64,000 nucleotides of DNA from Pseudomonadales bacterium (lineage in GTDB: Bacteria; Pseudomonadota; Gammaproteobacteria; Pseudomonadales; Azotimanducaceae): the NCBI GenBank assembly GCA_036351555.1, contig JAZBPI010000156.1, forward strand, positions 695-64,694, written 5' to 3'. The notes beneath the pieces were generated by a model. It worked only from the letters and a program-made list of their open reading frames with translations, ran no database searches and was not told the DNA's origin. The translations under genes were made by a program, and so were the position numbers. Positions 10,641 through 19,552 of the stretch are shown piece after piece (the stretch's first letter is position 1; the number at the start of each line of letters is the position of its first letter).

Positions 10641-11080
10641 GGGGTCTCCGCTGCGGTCGGGGTCTCGTCCTCGATCAGGTGCTCATGGGTGATCTCCACG
10701 CCGCCCTGCTCGAGCATGATGGACGCGGAGCAGTACTTCTCCGCAGAGAGCGCGACGGCCCGGGCGACCTGCTTCGGATTGAGTCTGCGGCCGCGGACCC
10801 GAACGCGGACATGGATCCGCTCGAAGACGGCGGGCACGGCGTCCGCCCGTTCCGCGACCAGTTCCGTCTCGCAGGCGGTCACGTCCTGGCGCGCCTTGCG
10901 CAGGATGTCCATCACGTCGAAGCTCGTGCAGCCGCCGAGACCCAGCAGCACCATCTCCATGGGGCGAATGCCCATGTTGCGGCCGCCGTGATCCGGCGGG
11001 CCGTCCATGATCACTGCGTGGCCGCTGCCCGCCTCGCCGACGAACATCGCACCGTCGATCCACTTGATTCGCGCCTGCAT
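10637..11080 (-). CDS. OsmC/Ohr-family peroxiredoxin-like protein
   Basis: GLGGCTSFDV and EKYCSAS cysteines; sits next to crp as in Pseudomonas (vfr neighbour). Confidence 0.8.
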   Translation of the reverse strand: MQARIKWIDGAMFVGEAGSGHAVIMDGPPDHGGRNMGIRPMEMVLLGLGGCTSFDVMDILRKARQDVTACETELVAERADAVPAVFERIHVRVRVRGRRLNPKQVARAVALSAEKYCSASIMLEQGGVEITHEHLIEDETPTAAETP

Positions 11081-11409
11081 GCCGCCTCCCGGTCCGTCGA
11101 AGGGGGCGGCGATTGTCCCCGAATTGCCCCCACCCTGCGAGTTCCCCAGAACGCACTACACTCAGGAGGCCCGCGCAGCATGTTGCGCGTCGCGCTCGGG
11201 GCCGTTCTCGGTGTCCCGACGTGGAAGCCAGGGCGCTGAAGGAAAAGGGAATTTCATCGGCACGCGTCGGGTTCCGGACCGCATCGGGGCGGGACCTGCG
11301 ACGCACTGACGCCGGCGCCCGCGCAGGGACCGTGCAGGGTCCGTCCGAGGGGCGGTGACGAAGGGTCTTTCTTGAACGCCGAACGGTAGCGACTCACGAG
11401 GTAGGCAGT

Positions 11410-12048
11410 ATGCTCAGCGTCAAACGCGCCCCCTTGCCGCCGCAGAGCGTGGAGAAGTTCCTCGCGGTCGCGCATCGGCGCAAGTATCCGGCCAAGTCGA
11501 CGCTCATCCACGCGGGCGATCGCAGCGAATCGCTGTACTACATCGTCTCCGGGAGCGTGACCGTCGTCATCGAGGACGATGCCGGGCGGGAGATGATCGT
11601 CGCCTATCTCAACAAGGGCGATTTCTTCGGGGAGATGGGGCTCTTCGACGAAGAGGTGCCGCGCTCCGCATCGATCAAGGCGCGCAGCGCCTGCGAGGTG
11701 GCCGAACTGTCCTACAGCCGGTTCCGCGAACTCGCGGAGGAGAACACCGGCATTCTCTACATGGTCGCGACCCAGATGGCCGTGCGCATGCGCGACACCA
11801 CGCGCAAGGTCGGCGATCTCGCCTTCCTGGACGTCACCGGCCGGGTCGCACGGACGCTCCTCGATCTCACGCGACAGCCCGACGCCATGACCCACCCCGA
11901 CGGCATGCAGATCAAGATCACCCGCCAGGAGATCGGCCGCATCGTCGGCTGTTCCCGGGAGATGGTCGGCCGCGTGCTCAAGACCCTCCAGGAACAGGGG
12001 CTCGTGCACGTGAAGGGCAAGACCATGGTGGTGTACGGGACGCGCTGA
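11410..12048 (+). CDS. crp: cAMP receptor protein (CRP/Vfr)
   Basis: [32 protein letters not shown] is near-identical to E. coli CRP; cNMP motif [10 protein letters not shown]. Confidence 0.95.
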   Translation: MLSVKRAPLPPQSVEKFLAVAHRRKYPAKSTLIHAGDRSESLYYIVSGSVTVVIEDDAGREMIVAYLNKGDFFGEMGLFDEEVPRSASIKARSACEVAELSYSRFRELAEENTGILYMVATQMAVRMRDTTRKVGDLAFLDVTGRVARTLLDLTRQPDAMTHPDGMQIKITRQEIGRIVGCSREMVGRVLKTLQEQGLVHVKGKTMVVYGTR

Positions 12049-12100
12049 GCCCGCATCGCGCTGCCGTGCAGCCCGGCCGGCGTTCTCCGCGTCGCTGCGC

Positions 12101-12892
12101 TCAGGCGAACATGGACCGCAGTGCAGCACCGGGATCGTCGGCCCGCATGAAGGCCTCGCCGACCAGGAAGGCATGGATGTCGCCGGCGCGCAGGCGCAGG
12201 ACGTCCTCGCGGCTGTGGATGCCGCTCTCGGCGATGGGCAGGCGATCTCCCGGAATCAGCTGTCGCAACTCGAGGCTCGTCGCAAGGCGGGTCTCGAAGC
12301 TGCGCAGATCGCGGTTGTTCACGCCGATCAGCGCCGTGGGGAGCTGCAGGGCGCGGTCGAGCTCCGCTTCGTCGTGGACCTCCACGAGCACGTCCATGCC
12401 GGCCTCCAGCGCCGTGTCGCTGAGCGCGCGGAGTCGATCGTCGTCCAGGGCCGCGACGATCAGCAGCACGCAATCCGCGCCCATGGCCCGCGACTCCCAG
12501 ATCTGCCAGGGATCGATCATGAAGTCCTTGCGCAGCACCGGGAGGGTGCACGCCTCGCGCGCCGCGACGAGACAGGCCGCATTCCCCTGGAAGTAGTCCC
12601 GATCCGTGAGGACCGACAGGCAGGTGGCGCCGCCTTCTGCATAGGCCCGCGCGATGGCGGCGGGATCGAACGCCTCGCGGATGACGCCCTTGCTCGGCGA
12701 GGCCTTCTTCACCTCGGCGATGACCGCCGCACCGCCTTCCGCGATGCGCGCGCGCAGGGCGACCGTGAAGCCTCGCGGTGGTGGCATCTCGCCCGCTGCC
12801 GCACGGAGCTGTGCCAGGGAGCGTTCGCGGCGCCCGGCAGCGACCTCCGTGGCCTTGGTCGCGAGGATCCGCTCCAGCACGTCGCTCGCCAT
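12101..12892 (-). CDS. trpC: indole-3-glycerol phosphate synthase
   Basis: VIAEVKKASPSKG motif; in trpGDC order. Confidence 0.95.
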   Translation of the reverse strand: MASDVLERILATKATEVAAGRRERSLAQLRAAAGEMPPPRGFTVALRARIAEGGAAVIAEVKKASPSKGVIREAFDPAAIARAYAEGGATCLSVLTDRDYFQGNAACLVAAREACTLPVLRKDFMIDPWQIWESRAMGADCVLLIVAALDDDRLRALSDTALEAGMDVLVEVHDEAELDRALQLPTALIGVNNRDLRSFETRLATSLELRQLIPGDRLPIAESGIHSREDVLRLRAGDIHAFLVGEAFMRADDPGAALRSMFA

Positions 12893-12893
12893 C

Positions 12894-13916
12894 TCAGTCC
12901 TCGCCCATCAGTCGGGTGATCCGCACCAGTTCGTCGAGGCGCTCCCGGGCGAGCCCGGTCGCGATCGCGTCCTGCGCCATGGTGACGCCGTCCTCCAGGG
13001 TGAGCGCCACCCCCGAGACATGGATCGCCGCACCGGCGTTGAGGGCGACCATGTCCGCTGCGGGGCCCTCTCCGGCCAGCGCCGCCTGCACGAGCGCCAG
13101 GCTGGCGGCCGGCGAATCGGCGGCCAGAGCGTCGAGCGGCTGCCGGCGCATGCCGAAGCGCTCCGGCGTGAGCGCGTACTCGCGAATCTCTCCGTCCCTG
13201 AGTTCGACCACGCGGGTCGGTCCGGCGAGGCTGATCTCGTCGAGTCCGTCCTCCGCGTGGACGATCATCACGTGACGACTGCCGAGATCGCGAAGGACTT
13301 CCGCAAGCCGGTGCTGCCAGCGTCCGTCGAAGACTCCGAGCACCTGATTCGGCGCGCCCGCGGGATTCGTCAGGGGGCCGAGGACGTTGAACAGGGTCCG
13401 GATGCCCAGCTCGCGTCGTGGCGCGGCAACGTGCTTCATGGCCGAGTGATGGCGCTGGGCGAACAGGAAGCCGACCCCGACGTCGCGGATGCAGCGCGCC
13501 ACCTGTTCGGGCGTCAGCGTGAGGGAGACGCCAGCGGCTTCGAGCAGATCCGCCGAGCCGCTCTTGCTCGTCATGCCGCGGTTGCCGTGCTTGGCGACGT
13601 GGGCACCGGCCGCCGCGGCCACGAAGGCCGCCGCCGTCGAGACGTTGAAGAGCTTGTGCCCACTGCCGCCGGTGCCGCAGGTGTCGACCAGATGCGGAAC
13701 GTCCACCTCCACGCGGGTGGCCAGCGCGCGCATGACCTCCACGGCCCCGGTGATCTCCTCGACGCTCTCGCCCTTCATGCGCAGGGCCACCAGGACGCCG
13801 CCGATCTGTGCGGGCGTCGCGTCGCCGGACATGAGCGCGCGGATCAGCTCGCGCATGGCCGGTCGCGTGAGGTCCCTGCGATCCGCAAGGGTCTCCAGGG
13901 CGCGGGTGATGTCCAT
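12894..13916 (-). CDS. trpD: anthranilate phosphoribosyltransferase
   Basis: DTCGTGGSGHKLFNVST motif; ATGA overlap with trpG stop. Confidence 0.95.
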   Translation of the reverse strand: MDITRALETLADRRDLTRPAMRELIRALMSGDATPAQIGGVLVALRMKGESVEEITGAVEVMRALATRVEVDVPHLVDTCGTGGSGHKLFNVSTAAAFVAAAAGAHVAKHGNRGMTSKSGSADLLEAAGVSLTLTPEQVARCIRDVGVGFLFAQRHHSAMKHVAAPRRELGIRTLFNVLGPLTNPAGAPNQVLGVFDGRWQHRLAEVLRDLGSRHVMIVHAEDGLDEISLAGPTRVVELRDGEIREYALTPERFGMRRQPLDALAADSPAASLALVQAALAGEGPAADMVALNAGAAIHVSGVALTLEDGVTMAQDAIATGLARERLDELVRITRLMGED

Positions 13917-14536
13917 CAGGCCTCCGTGCTCGACGGGTCCATGCTGCGCGGCGCGTCGACGCCCTGCAGGAAGTTGCGCAGGAGCGCGTGACCACAGCGC
14001 GTCAGGATCGATTCGGGATGGAACTGCACGCCCTGAACGTCCAGGGTCCGATGGCGCAGGCCCATGATCTCGTCGAAGGCGCCCGCCGCATCGAGGGTCC
14101 AGGCGGTGATCTCGAGATCCGCAGGCAGCGTCTCCCGTTCGACGATCAGGCTGTGATAGCGCGTGGCCTCGAAGGGTTGCGGCAGGCCGTGGAAGACACC
14201 GCGGTCATCGTGATGGATGGGCGAGGTCTTGCCGTGCATGACCGCCCGGGCGCGCAGTACCCGTCCCCCGAAGACCTGACCGATGGCCTGATGGCCCAGG
14301 CAGATGCCGAGGATGGGGACGCGTCCCGCGAAGGCCTCGATGGCGGCCATGGAGATCCCGGCGTCGTCGGGCGTGCAGGGGCCCGGCGAGATCACGATCC
14401 GGTCCGGCGCGAGGCGGCGGATGCCGGCGATATCGATCTCGTCGTTGCGCCGGACCAGGACGTCAGCGCCGAGCTCGCCGAGATACTGGACGACGTTGTA
14501 GGTGAACGAATCGTAGTTGTCGATCATCAGCAGCAT
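13916..14536 (-). CDS. trpG: anthranilate synthase component II (glutamine amidotransferase)
   Basis: Start trimmed to [19 protein letters not shown]; catalytic GICLGHQ. Confidence 0.95.
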   Translation of the reverse strand: MLLMIDNYDSFTYNVVQYLGELGADVLVRRNDEIDIAGIRRLAPDRIVISPGPCTPDDAGISMAAIEAFAGRVPILGICLGHQAIGQVFGGRVLRARAVMHGKTSPIHHDDRGVFHGLPQPFEATRYHSLIVERETLPADLEITAWTLDAAGAFDEIMGLRHRTLDVQGVQFHPESILTRCGHALLRNFLQGVDAPRSMDPSSTEA

Positions 14537-14639
14537 GGCGTGTCCGCCCTGGTGCCCGGCGATGGAGCAGATGCCTTCGGCAGGTCGTGCCCGGCGACCC
14601 GAACCCCGGTGCAGCGAACGCGACGACGGTTCGGCGCTC

Positions 14640-16148
14640 TCATGACGCGTCCTCCGCATCGAGGCGGAGGCCGCGTTCCGCGAGCGCTGCGGCACGGAAC
14701 ATGGCGCGTCCCTTGTTCATGCTTTCCTTCCACTCGAGCCTCGGCACGGAATCGGTGACGATGCCGCCGCCTGCCTGCACGTAGAGCGTGCCCTGCTTGA
14801 TGACCGCGGTGCGGATGGCGATGGCCGTGTCCATGTTGCCGTTCCAGGCGAGGTAGCCGACGGCGCCGCCGTAGATGCCGCGCCGCACCGGCTCGAGTTC
14901 GTCGATGATCTCCATGGCGCGGATCTTCGGGGCGCCGGAGAGCGTCCCGACCGGCAGGGTCGCGCGCAGCGCGTCGAGTGCGGTCGCGCCTTCGCGGAGT
15001 CGGCCCTCCACGTTCGAGGAGATGTGCATGACGTGGGAGTAGCGCTCGATCACCATCTGCTCGGTCACGCGCACGCTCCCCACCTCCGCGACCCGGCCGA
15101 CGTCATTGCGGCCCAGGTCGATCAGCATGAGGTGCTCGGCCAGCTCCTTGGGGTCCGCGAGCAGCTCCGCCTCCATCGCGAGGTCCTCGGCCTCCGTCCG
15201 GCCCCGTCGCCGCGTTCCGGCGAGGGGGCGGTTGGTGATCACGCCATGCTCGACGCGCGCGAGGATCTCCGGGGAACTCGAGACGATCTGGAAGTCGTCG
15301 AGATCCATGAAGTACATGTAGGGCGAGGGATTGAGGCTGCGCAGCGCGCGATAGAGATCGATCGGCGGCGCCAGGAAGGGCACGGACATGCGCTGGGAGA
15401 GAACCACCTGCATCACGTCGCCGGCCCGCGTGTACTCGCGGATCCGTTCCACGGCTTCACCGAAGGCCTGTTCACCGAACCCGGACTGGAAATCCGCTTC
15501 GCGGAGGGTCGGTCCGTTGTCCACGGGGGCGCCCTGGGTCACGTCGGCGGGCACCGGTGCGGCCAGGCCTTCGGCGAGCCGGTGCAGTCGCTGCCGGGTC
15601 CGCGCCAGCGCGTCGGGCTCCGCAGGGTCCGCGTGGCTGATCAGCGTCATGCGGCCACGCAGGCTGTCGAAGACGATCACCTCGTTGGAGACCATGAGGA
15701 GAATGTCCGGCGTTCCGAGCGCATCCGGTGGGGCGGTGTCCGCGAGGCGGGACTCCGCGTAGCGGACGCAGTCGTAGCCGAAGTAGCCGACGAGACCGCC
15801 GCTGAAGCGGGGCATGTCCGGGAGGTCGGGCACGCGATAGCGAGCCCGGAAGGCCTCCACGAAGGCGAGGGGATCCTCGCAGTCGAGGGTCTCGGTGATC
15901 GCGCCGGCCGTTTCCACGGTGATCCGGTGCCGCTGGACGCGCAGGACCGTCTCCGCCGGCAGCCCGATCATCGAGTAGCGACCCCACTTCTCACCGCCCT
16001 GGGCGGATTCGAGGAGATAGGAGTAGGGGCCGCGGGCGAGCTTCAGATAGACGGACAGGGGCGTGTCGAGGTCTGCCGGGACCTCGTGAATCACGGGGAT
16101 GCGGTTGTAGCCTGCGCGGGCGAGCTCGGCGAAACGCTCTGGCGTCAT
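14640..16148 (-). CDS. trpE: anthranilate synthase component I
   Basis: 502 aa; [15 protein letters not shown] and [20 protein letters not shown] motifs. Confidence 0.95.
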   Translation of the reverse strand: MTPERFAELARAGYNRIPVIHEVPADLDTPLSVYLKLARGPYSYLLESAQGGEKWGRYSMIGLPAETVLRVQRHRITVETAGAITETLDCEDPLAFVEAFRARYRVPDLPDMPRFSGGLVGYFGYDCVRYAESRLADTAPPDALGTPDILLMVSNEVIVFDSLRGRMTLISHADPAEPDALARTRQRLHRLAEGLAAPVPADVTQGAPVDNGPTLREADFQSGFGEQAFGEAVERIREYTRAGDVMQVVLSQRMSVPFLAPPIDLYRALRSLNPSPYMYFMDLDDFQIVSSSPEILARVEHGVITNRPLAGTRRRGRTEAEDLAMEAELLADPKELAEHLMLIDLGRNDVGRVAEVGSVRVTEQMVIERYSHVMHISSNVEGRLREGATALDALRATLPVGTLSGAPKIRAMEIIDELEPVRRGIYGGAVGYLAWNGNMDTAIAIRTAVIKQGTLYVQAGGGIVTDSVPRLEWKESMNKGRAMFRAAALAERGLRLDAEDAS

Positions 16149-16186
16149 GACGGTGATCCTGGTCGGGTGAACACGAACAGACCGAT

Positions 16187-16206
16187 CCCGGATCGAGCGA
16201 TCCGGG
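16187..16206 (-). terminator. candidate trp attenuator hairpin
   Basis: On the minus strand: CCCGGATC-GCTC-GATCCGGG (8-bp stem), then a moderately U-rich AUCGGUCUGUUCGUGUU. Lies between the leader stop and the trpE start. Confidence 0.5.
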
Positions 16207-16215
16207 GCGAGCGTG

Positions 16216-16242
16216 TCACCATCGCCAGGGCGTGCGGTTCAT
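16216..16242 (-). CDS. trpL: trp leader peptide MNRTPWRW
   Basis: ATG AAC CGC ACG CCC TGG CGA TGG TGA read on the minus strand, 70-95 nt upstream of trpE. Two Trp among the last three sense codons; SD is weak. Confidence 0.5.
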   Translation of the reverse strand: MNRTPWRW

Positions 16243-16280
16243 GACGAGCACTGTGCCGGAAATCGAAAACTCGCGGGAGC

Positions 16281-16958
16281 CTAGATCAGGGCCTCCAGTG
16301 AATCAACCAGGAAATCGGCGCCCGCCCCGTGAATGTCCTCACCGTGGTTGTAGCCGTAGGTCACGCAGATCACCGGCATGCGGGCGGCCCGTGCGGCGGC
16401 GATGTCGGTCATCGAGTCTCCGACCATCACCGCCTGCGTCGACGGCTGCCCCAGGCGCCGGCAGGCTTCGAGGAGGGGCCCGGCGTCGGGCTTCCTCACG
16501 CTCAGCGTGTCGCCACCGATGACCGCACCGAAGCGTTCGCGGATGCCGAGTTCGCCGAGCAGACGAAGGGCCAGGTGTTCGTACTTGTTGGTCACGCAGG
16601 CGAGCGCGGCGCCGCGTGCGGCCAGGGCGTCCAGACAGCCGAGGACACCGGGATAGAGTCGGGAGCCGTCGGCGATGTGCGCTTCGTAGTGCGCGAGGAA
16701 GTGGCCGAGCAGGCCGTCGACGTCCGGATCACCGGATGCGGCGCCGCGCAGGGCGAGCGCATGCTCGATGAGGTGGCGGGCGCCGCGGCCGACGCCCCGG
16801 CGCACCGTGGCTTCGTCCACCCCCGGCAGGCCGTGCCGCGCGAGCGTCGCGTCCAGCGCCCGGTGCAGATCGGGTGCGCTGTCCACCAGGGTGCCGTCGA
16901 GGTCGAAGAGCCAGGTCGTGCAGCCGGACGGGATCCGGCCTTCCCCGAGCCCGGTCAA
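16281..16958 (-). CDS. gph: phosphoglycolate phosphatase (HAD)
   Basis: HAD motif [12 protein letters not shown]; no ATG available. TTG at 16958 overlaps the rpe TGA stop (TTGA); gives 225 aa. Confidence 0.85.
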   Translation of the reverse strand: MTGLGEGRIPSGCTTWLFDLDGTLVDSAPDLHRALDATLARHGLPGVDEATVRRGVGRGARHLIEHALALRGAASGDPDVDGLLGHFLAHYEAHIADGSRLYPGVLGCLDALAARGAALACVTNKYEHLALRLLGELGIRERFGAVIGGDTLSVRKPDAGPLLEACRRLGQPSTQAVMVGDSMTDIAAARAARMPVICVTYGYNHGEDIHGAGADFLVDSLEALI

Positions 16959-17626
16959 GAGATCGTGGCCAGGCGCTGGCGCATGTCCGCGAGGGTCCCG
17001 GCGTAGTCGTCGCTGCCGAAGATCGCCGAACCGGCGACGAAGGTGTCGGCGCCTGCTGCAGCGATCTGTGCGATGTTGGCCGGCCCGATGCCGCCGTCGA
17101 CCTCGAGACGCACGGCGCGCCCGCTCGCGTCGATCAGGGTGCGGGTCGCGGCGATCTTGCGCAGCGTCGAGGGGATGAACTTCTGCCCTCCGAAGCCCGG
17201 ATTCACGGACATCAGCAGCACCATGTCGATCTCGTCGAGGACCCATTCGAGATGGTCCAGCGGCGTGCCCGGGTTGAACACGAGCCCGGGCCGGCAGCCG
17301 CCGTCGCGGATCAGGCGCAGGGAGCGATGGACGTGCTCGCTCGCTTCCGGATGGAAGGTGATCCAGGTCGCTCCGGCCTCGATGAAGTCACCGATGAGTC
17401 GATCCACGGGCTTCACCATGAGGTGCACGTCGATGTCCGCGGTCACCCCGTGGCGCCGCAGGGCCGCGCAGACCATGGGTCCGATGGTCAGATTCGGGAC
17501 GTAGTGATTGTCCATGACGTCGAAATGGATCATGTCCGCCCCCGCGGCGAGCACGGCGTCGACCTCCTCGCCGAGGCGTGCGAAGTCGGCGGAGAGGATC
17601 GAGGGTGCGATGCGGTAGTCGGTCAT
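16955..17626 (-). CDS. rpe: ribulose-phosphate 3-epimerase
   Basis: [34 protein letters not shown]. Confidence 0.95.
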   Translation of the reverse strand: MTDYRIAPSILSADFARLGEEVDAVLAAGADMIHFDVMDNHYVPNLTIGPMVCAALRRHGVTADIDVHLMVKPVDRLIGDFIEAGATWITFHPEASEHVHRSLRLIRDGGCRPGLVFNPGTPLDHLEWVLDEIDMVLLMSVNPGFGGQKFIPSTLRKIAATRTLIDASGRAVRLEVDGGIGPANIAQIAAAGADTFVAGSAIFGSDDYAGTLADMRQRLATIS

Positions 17627-17682
17627 GGTCGTCGGCCGCCGGGGTGGATCGCTGGGCATTCTACGTCCGCGGTCGTTCCGGG

Positions 17683-18366
17683 TCAGTCCTCGTCGGCGCG
17701 GGCCGCCGCAAGGCGCGCCACCGTGCCGATGTCGTCCCAGCGTCCGCGGTGGATCTCCCCGGTGATCCGGCCCTCCGCGATGGCCGCATCGAGGACCGGC
17801 CGCAGCGGCCGGGGCCCGGGGGCCCAGCCGGCGAAGAGGGCGGCACGGTAGCTGCCGATCCCGGCATAGGTCAGCCCTGCGTTCGGACGTGCCACCAGCC
17901 GCGCCCGTTCCGCGTCGCCGTCTGCCAGATCGAAGTCTCCGCCCTCACGCCAGGCGGGATTGGGCACCATGACGAGGTGCGCCAGGGCGTCGCCGGGACC
18001 CTCGGTGAGCCCTGTGAAGTCCAGGTCGCAGAGCACGTCGCCATTGACGACGAGGAAGGGGTCCTCAGCGAGCAGGGGCAGGGCCGCGATGATGCCGCCG
18101 GCGGTCTCCAGGAGCACGGGCTCCGGCGCGTAGCGCACCTCCAGGCCGTAGCGCTGTCCGTCGCCGACGCGCGCCCGGATCGCCTCGCCCAGGTGGTGAA
18201 GGTTGACCACCACGCGATGGATGCCGGCGGCGGCGAGGCGGACGAGGTGATGCTCGATGAGGGTGCGGCCCCGGACCTCCAGCAACGGCTTCGGGGTCCG
18301 GTCCGTCAGCGGTCGCAGGCGGCTGCCGCGCCCCGCGGCGAGGATCATGGCGGTCTCGATGGTCAT
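17683..18366 (-). CDS. murU: N-acetylmuramate-1-phosphate uridylyltransferase-like nucleotidyltransferase
   Basis: [23 protein letters not shown]; 4-nt overlap with upstream kinase; divergent from lptD as in Pseudomonas. Confidence 0.65.
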   Translation of the reverse strand: MTIETAMILAAGRGSRLRPLTDRTPKPLLEVRGRTLIEHHLVRLAAAGIHRVVVNLHHLGEAIRARVGDGQRYGLEVRYAPEPVLLETAGGIIAALPLLAEDPFLVVNGDVLCDLDFTGLTEGPGDALAHLVMVPNPAWREGGDFDLADGDAERARLVARPNAGLTYAGIGSYRAALFAGWAPGPRPLRPVLDAAIAEGRITGEIHRGRWDDIGTVARLAAARADED

Positions 18367-19445
18367 CGTTGCGACCAGGCGGCGTGAGCGGGGAGCAGGA
18401 TGCGGTCGAACCAGTCCCGGAAGGCGGCGATCTCCGGATGGCGCGGCAGCACGGTCGCGAGGTGATCCAGCACGCGGGGCAGATCGGCGAGGTAGTGGTC
18501 CCGGCCATCGCGCAGATGGAGGCGAGCGAAGATGCCCAGCACCTTGAGATGGCGCTGGACACCGCACAGATCGAAGCCGCGCAGGAAGGACGCCCGGTCA
18601 CGGGTGCCGGGAATGCCCGCCGCGCTCGCCCTGGCCAGGTAGTCGTCCGTCCAGCCTGTGATCCTGGCCTCGGGCCAGCGCAGGTAGCAGTCCCGGAGCA
18701 GGGACACGAGGTCGTAGCTGACCGGCCCGATCCTGGCGTCCTGGAAATCGACGATGCCGATCTCGTCGTCCGCGCACACCATGAGGTTCCGGCAGTGCCA
18801 GTCGAGGTGGACCGGGGTCCGGGCCTGGGCGAGGGCGCTCTCGGTGAGCAGATCGTCCAGGGCACGGAACAGCGGCTCGGGCATGGACAGTCCGAGCAGT
18901 CCCTCGACGAACCAGCTGCGGAACAGGTCCGTTTCCCGGTGCAGGCGCTCCGCGTCGTAGTCGGGCCCGGGCAGGGGATGGTCGCGCCCGGCGGCCTGGA
19001 ACCGGACCAGCCGGTCGATCACGCGGGAATAGAGGGCCTCGGTCGTCGCGGCGTCCGCGTCCTCCAGGGCCCGGGCCAGGGTGCGGTCGCCGAGATCCTC
19101 GACGAGGAAATGGCCCTGGGCGGGATCGGCCGCCAGCACGGCCGGAGCGCGCAGGCCCTGACGCCGGAGCCAGGCGGCGATCACCAGGTACTGCTGATTG
19201 TTCTCCGTCGCCGGCGGCGCATCCACGGCGATCAGGGTGCCGTCCGCAGTCTGCATGCGATAGAAGCGGCGCTGGCTCGCATCCGCGGTCAGGGGATGCA
19301 GGGTGCGCTCGGACTCGATGCCGAGCGCCGGCAGCGCGTGGCTGAGCCAGCCGCGGAGGGCCTCCAGGCGTGTGTCCTGGGCTGCGGCAGAGGCGGGATC
19401 GTCGTTCACGGCGGCGGGGTCCCGGTGCGGACGCGGCGCGATCAT
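18363..19445 (-). CDS. amgK: anomeric MurNAc/GlcNAc kinase-like phosphotransferase (APH fold)
   Basis: Start trimmed to MIAPRPH; Brenner-type motif HLDWHCRNLMV and DFQDA; paired with murU. Confidence 0.6.
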   Translation of the reverse strand: MIAPRPHRDPAAVNDDPASAAAQDTRLEALRGWLSHALPALGIESERTLHPLTADASQRRFYRMQTADGTLIAVDAPPATENNQQYLVIAAWLRRQGLRAPAVLAADPAQGHFLVEDLGDRTLARALEDADAATTEALYSRVIDRLVRFQAAGRDHPLPGPDYDAERLHRETDLFRSWFVEGLLGLSMPEPLFRALDDLLTESALAQARTPVHLDWHCRNLMVCADDEIGIVDFQDARIGPVSYDLVSLLRDCYLRWPEARITGWTDDYLARASAAGIPGTRDRASFLRGFDLCGVQRHLKVLGIFARLHLRDGRDHYLADLPRVLDHLATVLPRHPEIAAFRDWFDRILLPAHAAWSQR

Positions 19446-19552
19446 AGCAGCCCCCGCACGCGGTGCCGTATCATCCCCCGCTCGTCGACGTGTCGCCCGA
19501 GGCGGCGGGTCGGCGCACGGCTCCCGGCAGTACGCCATCGACTGGAAGACTC

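Noticed and set aside
14537-14639. Second trp leader/attenuator in the trpE-trpG spacer
   Set aside because: There is no short ORF with Trp codons and no convincing terminator hairpin in the 103-nt gap.
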